A stretch of 64,000 bases of DNA from Nemertoderma westbladi (Eukaryota; Animalia; Xenacoelomorpha): the NCBI GenBank assembly GCA_032718475.1, contig JAUCBJ010004753.1, positions 30,778 to 94,777 on the forward strand. The letters are read 5' to 3'. A program made the position numbers and the translations under genes. The notes beneath the pieces are model-generated. The model was not told where the DNA came from. It made no database searches and saw only the letters and a list, made by a program, of their open reading frames with translations. This document shows, one piece after another, positions 30,001 to 45,000 of this stretch (position 1 is the stretch's first letter; each line of letters begins with the position of its first letter).

Positions 30001-33000
30001 TTCCTGCTTACCCATCTATTAATAAGCCAGACATAGTGCCGAGTCAATCCTGCCTCTTCATCTATTAATTAGTCAGACATAGTTCCGGGTCATTCCTGCT
30101 TACCCATCTATTAATTAGTCAGACATAGTGCCGAATCATTCCTGCTTACCCATCTATTAATCAGCCATGCATAGTGCCGAGTCATTCCTGCTTACCCATC
30201 TATTAATTAGTCAGACATAGTGCCGAGTCATTCCTGCTTACCCATCTATTAATTAGTCAGACATAGTTCCGGGTCATTCCTGCTTACCCATCTATTAATC
30301 AGCCATGCATAGTGCCGAGTCATTCCTGCTTACCCATCTATTAATCAGCCAGACATAGTTCCGGGTCATTCCTGCTTACCCATCTATTAATTAGTCAGAC
30401 ATAGTGCCGAATCATTCCTGCCTCGTCATCTATTAATTAGTCAGACATAGTGCCGAATCATTCCTCCTTACCCATCTATTAATCAGCCAGACCTAGTGCC
30501 GAGTCATTCCTGCTTACCCATCTATTAATCAGCCATGCATAGTGCCGAGTCATTCCTGCTTACCCATCTATTAATTAGTCAGACATAGTTCCGGGTCATT
30601 CCTGCTTACCCATCTATTAATTAGTCAGACATAGTTCCGGGTCATTCCTGCTTACCCATCTATTAATTAGTCAGACATAGTGCCGAATCATTCCTGCTTA
30701 CCCATCTATTAATTAGTCAGACATAGTGCCGAGTCATTCCTGCTTACCCATCTATTAATCAGCCAGACATAGTGCCGAGTCATTCCTGCTTACCCATCTA
30801 TTAATCAGCCATGCATAGTGCCGAGTCATTCCTGCTTACCCATCTATTAATCAGCCATGCATAGTGCCGAGTCATTCCTGCTTACCCATCTATTAATTAG
30901 TCAGACATAGTGCCGAGTCATTCCTGCTTACCCATCTATTAATTAGTCAGACATAGTGCCGAGTCATTCCTGCTTACCCATCTATTAATCAGCCATGCAT
31001 AGTGCCGAGTCATTCCTGCTTACCCATCTATTAATTAGTCAGACATAGTGCCGAGTCATTCCTGCTTACCCATCTATTAATCAGCCATGCATAGTGCCGA
31101 GTCATTCCTGCTTACCCATCTATTAATTAGTCAGACATAGTGCCGAGTCATTCCTGCTTACCCATCTATTAATCAGCCATGCATAGTGCCGAGTCATTCC
31201 TGCTTACCCATCTATTAATTAGTCAGACATAGTGCCGAGTCATTCCTGCTTACCCATCTATTAATCAGCCATGCATAGTGCCGAGTCATTCCTGCTTACC
31301 CATCTATTAATCAGCCATGCATAGTGCCGAGTCATTCCTGCTTACCCATCTATTAATTAGTCAGACATAGTGCCGAATCATTCCTGCTTACCCATCTATT
31401 AATTAGCCAGACATAGTGCCGAATCATTCCTGCTTACCCATCTATTAATCAGCCATGCATAGTGCCGAGTCATTCCTGCTTACCCATCTATTAATTAGTC
31501 AGACATAGTGCCGAGTCATTCCTGCTTACCCATCTATTAATCAGCCAGACATAGTGCCGAGTCATTCCTGCTTACCCATCTATTAATCAGCCAGACATAG
31601 TGCCGAATCATTCCTGCTTACCCATCTATTAATTAGCCAGACATAGTGCCGAATCATTCCTGCTTACCCATCTATTAATCAGCCATGCATAGTGCCGAGT
31701 CATTCCTGCTTACCCATCTATTAATTAGTCAGACATAGTGCCGAATCATTCCTCCTTACCCATCTATTAATTAGTCAGACATAGTGCCGAGTCATTCCTG
31801 CTTACCCATCTATTAATCAGCCATGCATAGTGCCGAGTCATTCCTGCTTACCCATCTATTAATCAGCCAGACATAGTGCCGAATCATTCCTGCTTACCCA
31901 TCTATTAATCAGCCATGCATAGTGCCGAGTCATTCCTGCTTACCCATCTATTAATTAGTCAGACATAGTGCCGAATCATTCCTCCTTACCCATCTATTAA
32001 TTAGTCAGACATAGTTCCGGGTCATTCCTGCTTACCCATCTATTAATTAGTCAGACATAGTTCCGGGTCATTCCTGCTTACCCATCTATTAATCAGCCAT
32101 GCATAGTGCCGAGTCATTCCTGCTTACCCATCTATTAATTAGTCAGACATAGTGCCGAATCATTCCTCCTTACCCATCTATTAATTAGTCAGACATAGTG
32201 CCGAGTCATTCCTGCTTACCCATCTATTAATCAGCCATGCATAGTGCCGAGTCATTCCTGCTTACCCATCTATTAATTAGTCAGACATAGTGCCGAATCA
32301 TTCCTGCTTACCCATCTATTAATTAGTCAGACATAGTGCCGAATCATTCCTGCTTACCCATCTATTAATTAGTCAGACATAGTGCCGAATCATTCCTCCT
32401 TACCCATCTATTAATTAGTCAGACATAGTGCCGAATCATTCCTCCTTACCCATCTATTAATTAGTCAGACATAGTGCCGAGTCATTCCTGCTTACCCATC
32501 TATTAATCAGCCATGCATAGTGCCGAGTCATTCCTGCTTACCCATCTATTAATTAGTCAGACATAGTGCCGAATCATTCCTGCTTACCCATCTATTAATT
32601 AGTCAGACATAGTGCCGAATCATTCCTGCTTACCCATCTATTAATCAGCCATGCATAGTGCCGAGTCATTCCTGCTTACCCATCTATTAATTAGTCAGAC
32701 ATAGTGCCGAATCATTCCTCCTTACCCATCTATTAATTAGTCAGACATAGTGCCGAGTCATTCCTGCTTACCCATCTATTAATCAGCCATGCATAGTGCC
32801 GAGTCATTCCTGCCTCGTCATCTATTAATCAGCCAGACATAGTGCCGAGTCATTCCTGCTTACCCATCTATTAATTAGTCAGACATAGTGCCGAATCATT
32901 CCTCCTTACCCATCTATTAATTAGTCAGACATAGTTCCGGGTCATTCCTGCTTACCCATCTATTAATTAGTCAGACATAGTTCCGGGTCATTCCTGCTTA

Positions 33001-36000
33001 CCCATCTATTAATTAGTCAGACATAGTGCCGAGTCATTCCTGCCTCGTCATCTATTAATCAGCCAGACATAGTGCCGAATCATTCCTGCCTCGTCATCTA
33101 TTAATCAGCCAGACATAGTGCCGAATCATTCCTGCCTCGTCATCTATTAATCAGCCAGACATAGTGCCGAATCATTCCTGCCTCGTCATCTATTAATCAG
33201 CCAGACATAGTGCCGAATCATTCCTGCCTCGTCATCTATTAATCAGCCAGACATAGTGCCGAATCATTCCTGCCTCGTCATCTATTAATCAGTCAGACAT
33301 AGTGCCGAGTCATTCCTTCTTACCCATCTATTAATCAGCCATGCATAGTGCCGAGTCATTCCTGCTTACCCATCTATTAATTAGTCAGACATAGTGCCGA
33401 ATCATTCCTGCTTACCCATCTATTAATCAGCCAGACATAGTGCCGAGTCATTCCTGCTTACCCATCTATTAATCAGCCAGACATAGTGCCGAATCATTCC
33501 TCCTTACCCATATATTAATCAGCCAGACATAGTGCCGAATCATTCCTGCTTACCCATCTATTAATCAGCCAGACATAGTGCCGAATCATTCCTGCCTACC
33601 CATCTATTAATCAGCCAGACATAGTGCCGAATCATTCCTCCTTACCCATCTATTAATCAGCCAGACATAGTGCCGAATCATTCCTGCCTACCCATCTATT
33701 AATCAGCCAGACATAGTGCCGAATCATTCCTGCCTACCCATCTATTAATCAGCCAGACATAGTGCCGAATCATTCCTCCTTACCCATATATTAATCAGCC
33801 AGACATAGTGCCGAATCATTCCTGCTTACCCATCTATTAATCAGCCAGACATAGTGCCGAATCATTCCTGCCTACCCATCTATTAATCAGCCAGACATAG
33901 TGCCGAATCATTCCTCCTTACCCATATATTAATCAGCCAGACATAGTGCCGAATCATTCCTGCTTACCCATCTATTAATTAGTCAGACATAGTGCCGAAT
34001 CATTCCTGCTTACCCATCTATTAATCAGCCAGACATAGTGCCGAATCATTCCTGCTTACCCATCTATTAATCAGCCAGACATAGTGCCGAGTCATTCCTG
34101 CTTACCCATCTATTAATCAGCCATGCATAGTGCCGAGTCATTCCTGCTTACCCATCTATTAATTAGTCAGACATAGTTCCGGGTCATTCCTGCTTACCCA
34201 TCTATTAATTAGTCAGACATAGTTCCGGGTCATTCCTGCTTACCCATCTATTAATTAGTCAGACATAGTGCCGAATCATTCCTGCTTACCCATCTATTAA
34301 TTAGTCAGACATAGTGCCGAATCATTCCTGCTTACCCATCTATTAATCAGCCATGCATAGTGCCGAATCATTCCTGCTTACCCATCTATTAATCAGCCAT
34401 GCATAGTGCCGAATCATTCCTGCTTACCCATCTATTAATCAGCCATGCATAGTGCCGAGTCATTCCTGCTTACCCATCTATTAATTAGTCAGACATAGTG
34501 CCGAATCATTCCTGCTTACCCATCTATTAATCAGCCAGACATAGTGCCGAGTCATTCCTGCTTACCCATCTATTAATCAGCCATGCATAGTGCCGAGTCA
34601 TTCCTGCTTACCCATCTATTAATTAGTCAGACATAGTTCCGGGTCATTCCTGCTCACCCATCTATTAATCAGCCAGACATAGTGCCGAGTCATTCCTGCT
34701 TACCCATCTATTAATTAGTCAGACATAGTGCCGAGTCATTCCTGCCTCGTCATCTATTAATCAGCCAGACATAGTGCCGAATCATTCCTGCCTCGTCATC
34801 TATTAATCAGCCAGACATAGTGCCGAATCATTCCTGCCTCGTCATCTATTAATCAGCCAGACATAGTGCCGAATCATTCCTGCCTCGTCATCTATTAATC
34901 AGCCAGACCTAGTGCCGAGTCATTCCTTCTTACCCATCTATTAATCAGCCATGCATAGTGCCGAGTCATTCCTGCTTACCCATCTATTAATTAGCCAGAC
35001 ATAGTGCCGAATCATTCCTCCTTACCCATCTATTAATCAGCCAGACATAGTGCCGAGTCATTCCTGCTTACCCATCTATTAATCAGCCAGACATAGTGCC
35101 GAGTCATTCCTGCTTACCCATCTATTAATCAGCCAGACATAGTGCCGAATCATTCCTCCTTACCCATATATTAATCAGCCAGACATAGTGCCGAATCATT
35201 CCTGCTTACCCATCTATTAATCAGCCAGACATAGTGCCGAATCATTCCTGCCTACCCATCTATTAATCAGCCAGACATAGTGCCGAATCATTCCTCCTTA
35301 CCATCTATTAATCAGCCAGACATAGTGCCGAGTCATTCCTGCTTACCCATCTATTAATCAGCCAGACATAGTGCCGAATCATTCCTCCTTACCCATCTAT
35401 TAATCAGCCAGACATAGTGCCGAGTCATTCCTGCTTACCCATCTATTAATCAGCCAGACATAGTGCCGAATCATTCCTCCTTACCCATATATTAATCAGC
35501 CAGACATAGTGCCGAATCATTCCTGCTTACCCATCTATTAATCAGCCAGACATAGTGCCGAATCATTCCTGCCTACCCATCTATTAATCAGCCAGACATA
35601 GTGCCGAATCATTCCTCCTTACCATCTATTAATCAGCCAGACATAGTGCCGAATCATTCCTGCCTACCCATCTATTAATCAGCCAGACATAGTGCCGAAT
35701 CATTCCTGCTTACCCATCTATTAATCAGCCAGACATAGTGCCGAATCATTCCTGCCTACCCATCTATTAATCAGCCAGACATAGTGCCGAATCATTCCTC
35801 CTTACCCATATATTAATCAGCCAGACATAGTGCCGAATCATTCCTGCTTACCCATCTATTAATTAGTCAGACATAGTGCCGAATCATTCCTGCTTACCCA
35901 TCTATTAATTAGTCAGACATAGTGCCGAGTCATTCCTGCCTCGTCATCTATTAATCAGCCAGACATAGTGCCGAATCATTCCTGCCTCGTCATCTATTAA

Positions 36001-39000
36001 TCAGCCAGACATAGTGCCGAATCATTCCTGCCTCGTCATCTATTAATCAGCCAGACATAGTGCCGAATCATTCCTGCCTCGTCATCTATTAATCAGCCAG
36101 ACCTAGTGCCGAGTCATTCCTTCTTACCCATCTATTAATCAGCCATGCATAGTGCCGAGTCATTCCTGCTTACCCATCTATTAATTAGCCAGACATAGTG
36201 CCGAATCATTCCTCCTTACCCATCTATTAATCAGCCAGACATAGTGCCGAGTCATTCCTGCTTACCCATCTATTAATCAGCCAGACATAGTGCCGAGTCA
36301 TTCCTGCTTACCCATCTATTAATCAGCCAGACATAGTGCCGAATCATTCCTCCTTACCCATATATTAATCAGCCAGACATAGTGCCGAATCATTCCTGCT
36401 TACCCATCTATTAATCAGCCAGACATAGTGCCGAATCATTCCTGCCTACCCATCTATTAATCAGCCAGACATAGTGCCGAATCATTCCTCCTTACCATCT
36501 ATTAATCAGCCAGACATAGTGCCGAGTCATTCCTGCTTACCCATCTATTAATCAGCCAGACATAGTGCCGAATCATTCCTCCTTACCCATCTATTAATCA
36601 GCCAGACATAGTGCCGAATCATTCCTGCCTACCCATCTATTAATCAGCCAGACATAGTGCCGAATCATTCCTCCTTACCCATATATTAATCAGCCAGACA
36701 TAGTGCCGAATCATTCCTGCTTACCCATCTATTAATTAGTCAGACATAGTGCCGAATCATTCCTGCTTACCCATCTATTAATTAGTCAGACATAGTGCCG
36801 AATCATTCCTGCTTACCCATCTATTAATTAGTCAGACATAGTGCCGAGTCATTCCTGCTTACCCATCTATTAATTAGTCAGACATAGTGCCGAATCATTC
36901 CTGCTTACCCATCTATTAATTAGTCAGACATAGTGCCGAATCATTCCTGCTTACCCATCTATTAATTAGTCAGACATATTGCCGAATCATTCCTGCTTAC
37001 CCATCTATTAATTAGTCAGACATAGTGCCGAGTCATTCCTGCTTACCCATCTATTAATTAGTCAGACATAGTGCCGAGTCATTCCTGCTTACCCATCTAT
37101 TAATTAGTCAGACATAGTGCCGAGTCATTCCTGCTTACCCATCTATTAATTAGTCAGACATAGTGCCGAATCATTCCTGCTTACCCATCTATTAATTAGT
37201 CAGACATAGTGCCGAATCATTCCTGCTTACCCATCTATTAATTAGTCAGACATAGTGCCGAATCATTCCTGCTTACCCATCTATTAATTAGTCAGACATA
37301 GTGCCGAGTCATTCCTGCTTACCCATCTATTAATTAGTCAGACATAGTGCCGAATCATTCCTGCCTACCCATCTATTAATCAGCCAGACATAGTGCCGAA
37401 TCATTCCTGCCTACCCATCTATTAATCAGCCAGACATAGTGCCGAATCATTCCTCCTTACCCATATATTAATCAGCCAGACATAGTGCCGAATCATTCCT
37501 GCTTACCCATCTATTAATCAGCCAGACATAGTGCCGAATCATTCCTGCCTACCCATCTATTAATCAGCCAGACATAGTGCCGAATCATTCCTCCTTACCC
37601 ATATATTAATCAGCCAGACATAGTGCCGAATCATTCCTGCTTACCCATCTATTAATTAGTCAGACATAGTGCCGAATCATTCCTGCTTACCCATCTATTA
37701 ATTAGTCAGACATAGTGCCGAATCATTCCTGCTTACCCATCTATTAATTAGTCAGACATAGTGCCGAATCATTCCTGCTTACCCATCTATTAATTAGTCA
37801 GACATAGTGCCGAATCATTCCTGCTTACCCATCTATTAATTAGTCAGACATAGTGCCGAGTCATTCCTGCTTACCCATCTATTAATTAGTCAGACATAGT
37901 GCCGAATCATTCCTGCTTACCCATCTATTAATCAGCCAGACATAGTGCCGAATCATTCCTGCCTACCCATCTATTAATCAGCCAGACATAGTGCCGAATC
38001 ATTCCTCCTTACCCATCTATTAATCAGCCAGACATAGTGCCGAATCATTCCTCCTTACCCATATATTAATCAGCCAGACATAGTGCCGAATCATTCCTGC
38101 TTACCCATCTATTAATTAGTCAGACATAGTGCCGAATCATTCCTGCTTACCCATCTATTAATCAGCCATGCATAGTGCCGAGTCATTCCTGCTTACCCAT
38201 CTATTAATCAGCCAGACATAGTGCCGAGTCATTCCTGCTTACCCATCTATTAATTAGTCAGACATAGTGCCGAGTCATTCCTGCTTACCCATCTATTAAT
38301 TAGTCAGACATAGTGCCGAATCATTCCTGCTTACCCATCTATTAATCAGCCATGCATAGTGCCGAGTCATTCCTGCTTACCCATCTATTAATCAGCCAGA
38401 CATAGTGCCGAGTCATTCCTGCTTACCCATCTATTAATTAGTCAGACATAGTGCCGAGTCATTCCTGCTTACCCATCTATTAATTAGTCAGACATAGTGC
38501 CGAATCATTCCTCCTTACCCATATATTAATCAGCCAGACATAGTGCCGAATCATTCCTGCTTACCCATCTATTAATTAGTCAGACATAGTGCCGAATCAT
38601 TCCTGCTTACCCATCTATTAATCAGCCATGCATAGTGCCGAGTCATTCCTGCTTACCCATCTATTAATCAGCCAGACATAGTGCCGAGTCATTCCTCCTT
38701 ACCCATCTATTAATCAGCCAGACATAGTGCCGAATCATTCCTGCTTACCCATCTATTAATTAGTCAGACATAGTGCCGAGTCATTCCTGCTTACCCATCT
38801 ATTAATCAGCCAGACATAGTGCCGAATCATTCCTGCTTACCCATCTATTAATCAGCCAGACATAGTGCCGAATCATTCCTGCTTACCCATCTATTAATTA
38901 GTCAGACATAGTGCCGAATCATTCCTGCTTACCCATCTATTAATCAGCCATGCATAGTGCCGAGTCATTCCTGCTTACCCATCTATTAATTAGCCAGACA

Positions 39001-42000
39001 TAGTGCCTTGTCATTCCTGCTTACCCATCTATTAATCAGCCAGACATAGTGCCGAATCATTCCTGCTTACCCATCTATTAATTAGTCAGACATAGTGCCG
39101 AATCATTCCTCCTTACCCATATATTAATCAGCCAGACATAGTGCCGAATCATTCCTGCTTACCCATCTATTAATTAGTCAGACATAGTGCCGAGTCATTC
39201 CTGCTTACCCATCTATTAATTAGTCAGACATAGTGCCGAATCATTCCTGCTTACCCATCTATTAATTAGTCAGACATAGTGCCGAATCATTCCTGCTTAC
39301 CCATCTATTAATCAGCCAGACATAGTGCCGAGTCATTCCTGCTTACCCATCTATTAATTAGTCAGACATAGTGCCGAATCATTCCTGCTTACCCATCTAT
39401 TAATCAGCCCAGACATAGTGCCGAATCATTCCTGCTTACCCATCTATTAATCAGCCATGCATAGTGCCGAGTCATTCCTGCTTACCCATCTATTAATTAG
39501 TCAGACATAGTGCCGAATCATTCCTGCTTACCCATCTATTAATCAGCCATGCATAGTGCCGAGTCATTCCTGCTTACCCATCTATTAATTAGTCAGACAT
39601 AGTGCCGAATCATTCCTGCTTACCCATCTATTAATCAGCCAGACATAGTGCCGAATCATTCCTGCTTACCCATCTATTAATTAGTCAGACATAGTGCCGA
39701 GTCATTCCTGCTTACCCATCTATTAATCAGTCAGACATAGTGCCGAATCATTCCTGCTTACCCATCTATTAATTAGTCAGACATAGTGCCGAGTCATTCC
39801 TGCTTACCCATCTATTAATCAGTCAGACATAGTGCCGAATCATTCCTGCTTACCCATCTATTAATTAGTCAGACATAGTGCCGAATCATTCCTGCTTACC
39901 CATCTATTAATTAGTCAGACATAGTGCCGAATCATTCCTGCTTACCCATCTATTAATCAGCCAGACATAGTGCCGAATCATTCCTGCTTACCCATCTATT
40001 AATTAGTCAGACATAGTGCCGAGTCATTCCTGCTTACCCATCTATTAATCAGTCAGACATAGTGCCGAATCATTCCTGCTTACCCATCTATTAATCAGCC
40101 AGACATAGTGCCGAGTCATTCCTGCTTACCCATCTATTAATTAGTCAGACATAGTGCCGAGTCATTCCTGCTTACCCATCTATTAATTAGTCAGACATAG
40201 TGCCGAATCATTCCTGCTTACCCATCTATTAATCAGCCAGACATAGTGCCGAGTCATTCCTGCTTACCCATCTATTAATCAGTCAGACATAGTGCCGAAT
40301 CATTCCTGCTTACCCATCTATTAATTAGTCAGACATAGTGCCGAGTCATTCCTGCTTACCCATCTATTAATCAGTCAGACATAGTGCCGAATCATTCCTG
40401 CTTACCCATCTATTAATTAGTCAGACATAGTGCCGAATCATTCCTGCTTACCCATCTATTAATTAGTCAGACATAGTGCCGAATCATTCCTGCTTACCCA
40501 TCTATTAATCAGCCAGACATAGTGCCGAGTCATTCCTGCTTACCCATCTATTAATTAGTCAGACATAGTGCCGAATCATTCCTGCTTACCCATCTATTAA
40601 TCAGTCAGACATAGTGCCGAATCATTCCTGCTTACCCATCTATTAATTAGTCAGACATAGTGCCGAATCATTCCTGCTTACCCATCTATTAATTAGTCAG
40701 ACATAGTGCCGAATCATTCCTGCTTACCCATCTATTAATCAGCCAGACATAGTGCCGAGTCATTCCTGCTTACCCATCTATTAATTAGTCAGACATAGTG
40801 CCGAGTCATTCCTGCTTACCCATCTATTAATTAGTCAGACATAGTGCCGAATCATTCCTGCTTACCCATCTATTAATTAGTCAGACATAGTGCCGAGTCA
40901 TTCCTGCTTACCCATCTATTAATCAGTCAGACATAGTGCCGAATCATTCCTGCTTACCCATCTATTAATTAGTCAGACATAGTGCCGAGTCATTCCTGCT
41001 TACCCATCTATTAATCAGTCAGACATAGTGCCGAATCATTCCTGCTTACCCATCTATTAATTAGTCAGACATAGTGCCGAGTCATTCCTGCTTACCCATC
41101 TATTAATCAGTCAGACATAGTGCCGAATCATTCCTGCTTACCCATCTATTAATTAGTCAGACATAGTGCCGAATCATTCCTGCTTACCCATCTATTAATT
41201 AGTCAGACATAGTGCCGAATCATTCCTGCTTACCCATCTATTAATCAGCCAGACATAGTGCCGAGTCATTCCTGCTTACCCATCTATTAATCAGCCATGC
41301 ATAGTGCCGAGTCATTCCTGCTTACCCATCTATTAATTAGTCAGACATAGTGCCGAATCATTCCTGCTTACCCATCTATTAATCAGCCAGACATAGTGCC
41401 GAGTCATTCCTGCTTACCCATCTATTAATCAGCCAGACATAGTGCCGAGTCATTCCTGCTTACCCATCTATTAATCAGCCATGCATAGTGCCGAGTCATT
41501 CCTGCTTACCCATCTATTAATCAGCCAGACATAGTGCCGAGTCATTCCTGCTTACCCATCTATTAATTAGTCAGACATAGTGCCGAGTCATTCCTGCTTA
41601 CCCATCTATTAATTAGTCAGACATAGTGCCGAATCATTCCTCCTTACCCATATATTAATCAGCCATGCATAGTGCCGAGTCATTCCTGCTTACCCATCTA
41701 TTAATCAGCCAGACATAGTGCCGAATCATTCCTGCTTACCCATCTATTAATCAGCCAGACATAGTGCCGAATCATTCCTGCTTACCCATCTATTAATCAG
41801 CCAGACATAGTGCCGAGTCATTCCTGCTTACCCATCTATTAATCAGCCATGCATAGTGCCGAGTCATTCCTGCTTACCCATCTATTAATCAGCCAGACAT
41901 AGTGCCGAGTCATTCCTGCTTACCCATCTATTAATTAGTCAGACATAGTGCCGAGTCATTCCTGCTTACCCATCTATTAATTAGTCAGACATAGTGCCGA

Positions 42001-45000
42001 GTCATTCCTGCTTACCCATCTATTAATCAGCCATGCATAGTGCCGAGTCATTCCTGCTTACCCATCTATTAATCAGCCAGACATAGTGCCGAGTCATTCC
42101 TGCTTACCCATCTATTAATCAGCCATGCATAGTGCCGAGTCATTCCTGCTTACCCATCTATTAATCAGCCAGACATAGTGCCGAGTCATTCCTGCTTACC
42201 CATCTATTAATTAGTCAGACATAGTGCCGAGTCATTCCTGCTTACCCATCTATTAATCAGCCAGACATAGTGCCGAGTCATTCCTGCTTACCCATCTATT
42301 AATCAGCCATGCATAGTGCCGAGTCATTCCTGCTTACCCATCTATTAATCAGCCAGACATAGTGCCGAGTCATTCCTGCTTACCCATCTATTAATTAGTC
42401 AGACATAGTGCCGAGTCATTCCTGCTTACCCATCTATTAATCAGCCAGACATAGTGCCGAGTCATTCCTGCTTACCCATCTATTAATTAGTCAGACATAG
42501 TGCCGAGTCATTCCTGCTTACCCATCTATTAATTAGTCAGACATAGTGCCGAATCATTCCTGCTTACCCATCTATTAATCAGCCATGCATAGTGCCGAGT
42601 CATTCCTGCTTACCCATCTATTAATCAGCCAGACATAGTGCCGAGTCATTCCTGCTTACCCATCTATTAATTAGTCAGACATAGTGCCGAGTCATTCCTG
42701 CTTACCCATCTATTAATTAGTCAGACATAGTGCCGAATCATTCCTCCTTACCCATATATTAATCAGCCAGACATAGTGCCGAATCATTCCTGCTTACCCA
42801 TCTATTAATTAGTCAGACATAGTGCCGAATCATTCCTGCTTACCCATCTATTAATCAGCCATGCATAGTGCCGAGTCATTCCTGCTTACCCATCTATTAA
42901 TCAGCCAGACATAGTGCCGAATCATTCCTGCTTACCCATCTATTAATCAGCCATGCATAGTGCCGAGTCATTCCTGCTTACCCATCTATTAATTAGCCAG
43001 ACATAGTGCCGAATCATTCCTGCTTACCCATCTATTAATCAGCCAGACATAGTGCCGAATCATTCCTGCTTACCCATCTATTAATTAGTCAGACATAGTG
43101 CCGAATCATTCCTGCTTACCCATCTATTAATCAGCCCAGACATAGTGCCGAGTCATTCCTGCTTACCCATCTATTAATCAGCCAGACATAGTGCCGAATC
43201 ATTCCTGCTTACCCATCTATTAATCAGCCAGACATAGTGCCGAGTCATTCCTGCTTACCCATCTATTAATTAGTCAGACATAGTGCCGAGTCATTCCTGC
43301 TTACCCATCTATTAATCAGCCAGACATAGTGCCGAGTCATTCCTGCTTACCCATCTATTAATTAGTCAGACATAGTGCCGAGTCATTCCTGCTTACCCAT
43401 CTATTAATTAGTCAGACATAGTGCCGAGTCATTCCTGCTTACCCATCTATTAATTAGTCAGACATAGTGCCGAGTCATTCCTGCTTACCCATCTATTAAT
43501 CAGCCAGACATAGTGCCGAGTCATTCCTGCTTACCCATCTATTAATTAGTCAGACATAGTGCCGAGTCATTCCTGCTTACCCATCTATTAATCAGCCCAG
43601 ACATAGTGCAGTGTCATTCCTGCTTACCCATCTATTAATCAGCCAGACATAGTGCCGAGTCATTCCTCCTTACCCATCTATTAATCAGCCAGACATAGTG
43701 CCGAATCATTCCTGCTTACCCATCTATTAATTAGTCAGACATAGTGCCGAATCATTCCTGCTTACCCATCTATTAATCAGCCATGCATAGTGCCGAGTCA
43801 TTCCTGCTTACCCATCTATTAATTAGCCAGACATAGTGCCTTGTCATTCCTGCTTACCCATCTATTAATCAGCCAGACATAGTGCCGAATCATTCCTGCT
43901 TACCCATCTATTAATTAGTCAGACATAGTGCCGAATCATTCCTCCTTACCCATATATTAATCAGCCAGACATAGTGCCGAATCATTCCTGCTTACCCATC
44001 TATTAATTAGTCAGACATAGTGCCGAGTCATTCCTGCTTACCCATCTATTAATTAGTCAGACATAGTGCCGAATCATTCCTGCTTACCCATCTATTAATT
44101 AGTCAGACATAGTGCCGAATCATTCCTCCTTACCCATCTATTAATCAGCCATGCATAGTGCCGAGTCATTCCTGCTTACCCATCTATTAATTAGTCAGAC
44201 ATAGTGCCGAATCATTCCTCCTTACCCATCTATTAATCAGCCATGCATAGTGCCGAGTCATTCCTGCTTACCCATCTATTAATTAGTCAGACATAGTGCC
44301 GAATCATTCCTGCCTCGTCATCTATTAATCAGCCAGACATAGTGCCGAATCATTCCTGCTTACCCATCTATTAATTAGTCAGACATAGTGCCGAATCATT
44401 CCTCCTTACCCATCTATTAATCAGCCATGCATAGTGCCGAGTCATTCCTGCTTACCCATCTATTAATCAGCCAGACATAGTGCCGAATCATTCCTGCTTA
44501 CCCATCTATTAATCAGCCATGCATAGTGCCGAATCATTCCTGCCTCGTCATCTATTAATCAGCCAGACATAGTGCCGAATCATTCCTGCTTACCCATCTA
44601 TTAATTAGTCAGACATAGTGCCGAATCATTCCTGCCTCGTCATCTATTAATCAGCCAGACATAGTGCCGAATCATTCCTGCTTACCCATCTATTAATTAG
44701 TCAGACATAGTGCCGAGTCATTCCTGCTTACCCATCTATTAATCAGCCAGACATAGTGCCGAATCATTCCTCCTTACCCATCTATTAATCAGCCATGCAT
44801 AGTGCCGAGTCATTCCTGCTTACCCATCTATTAATCAGTCAGACATAGTGCCGAGTCATTCCTGCCTCGTCATCTATTAATCAGCCAGACATAGTGCCGA
44901 ATCATTCCTGCTTACCCATCTATTAATTAGTCAGACATAGTGCCGAATCATTCCTCCTTACCCATCTATTAATCAGCCATGCATAGTGCCGAGTCATTCC

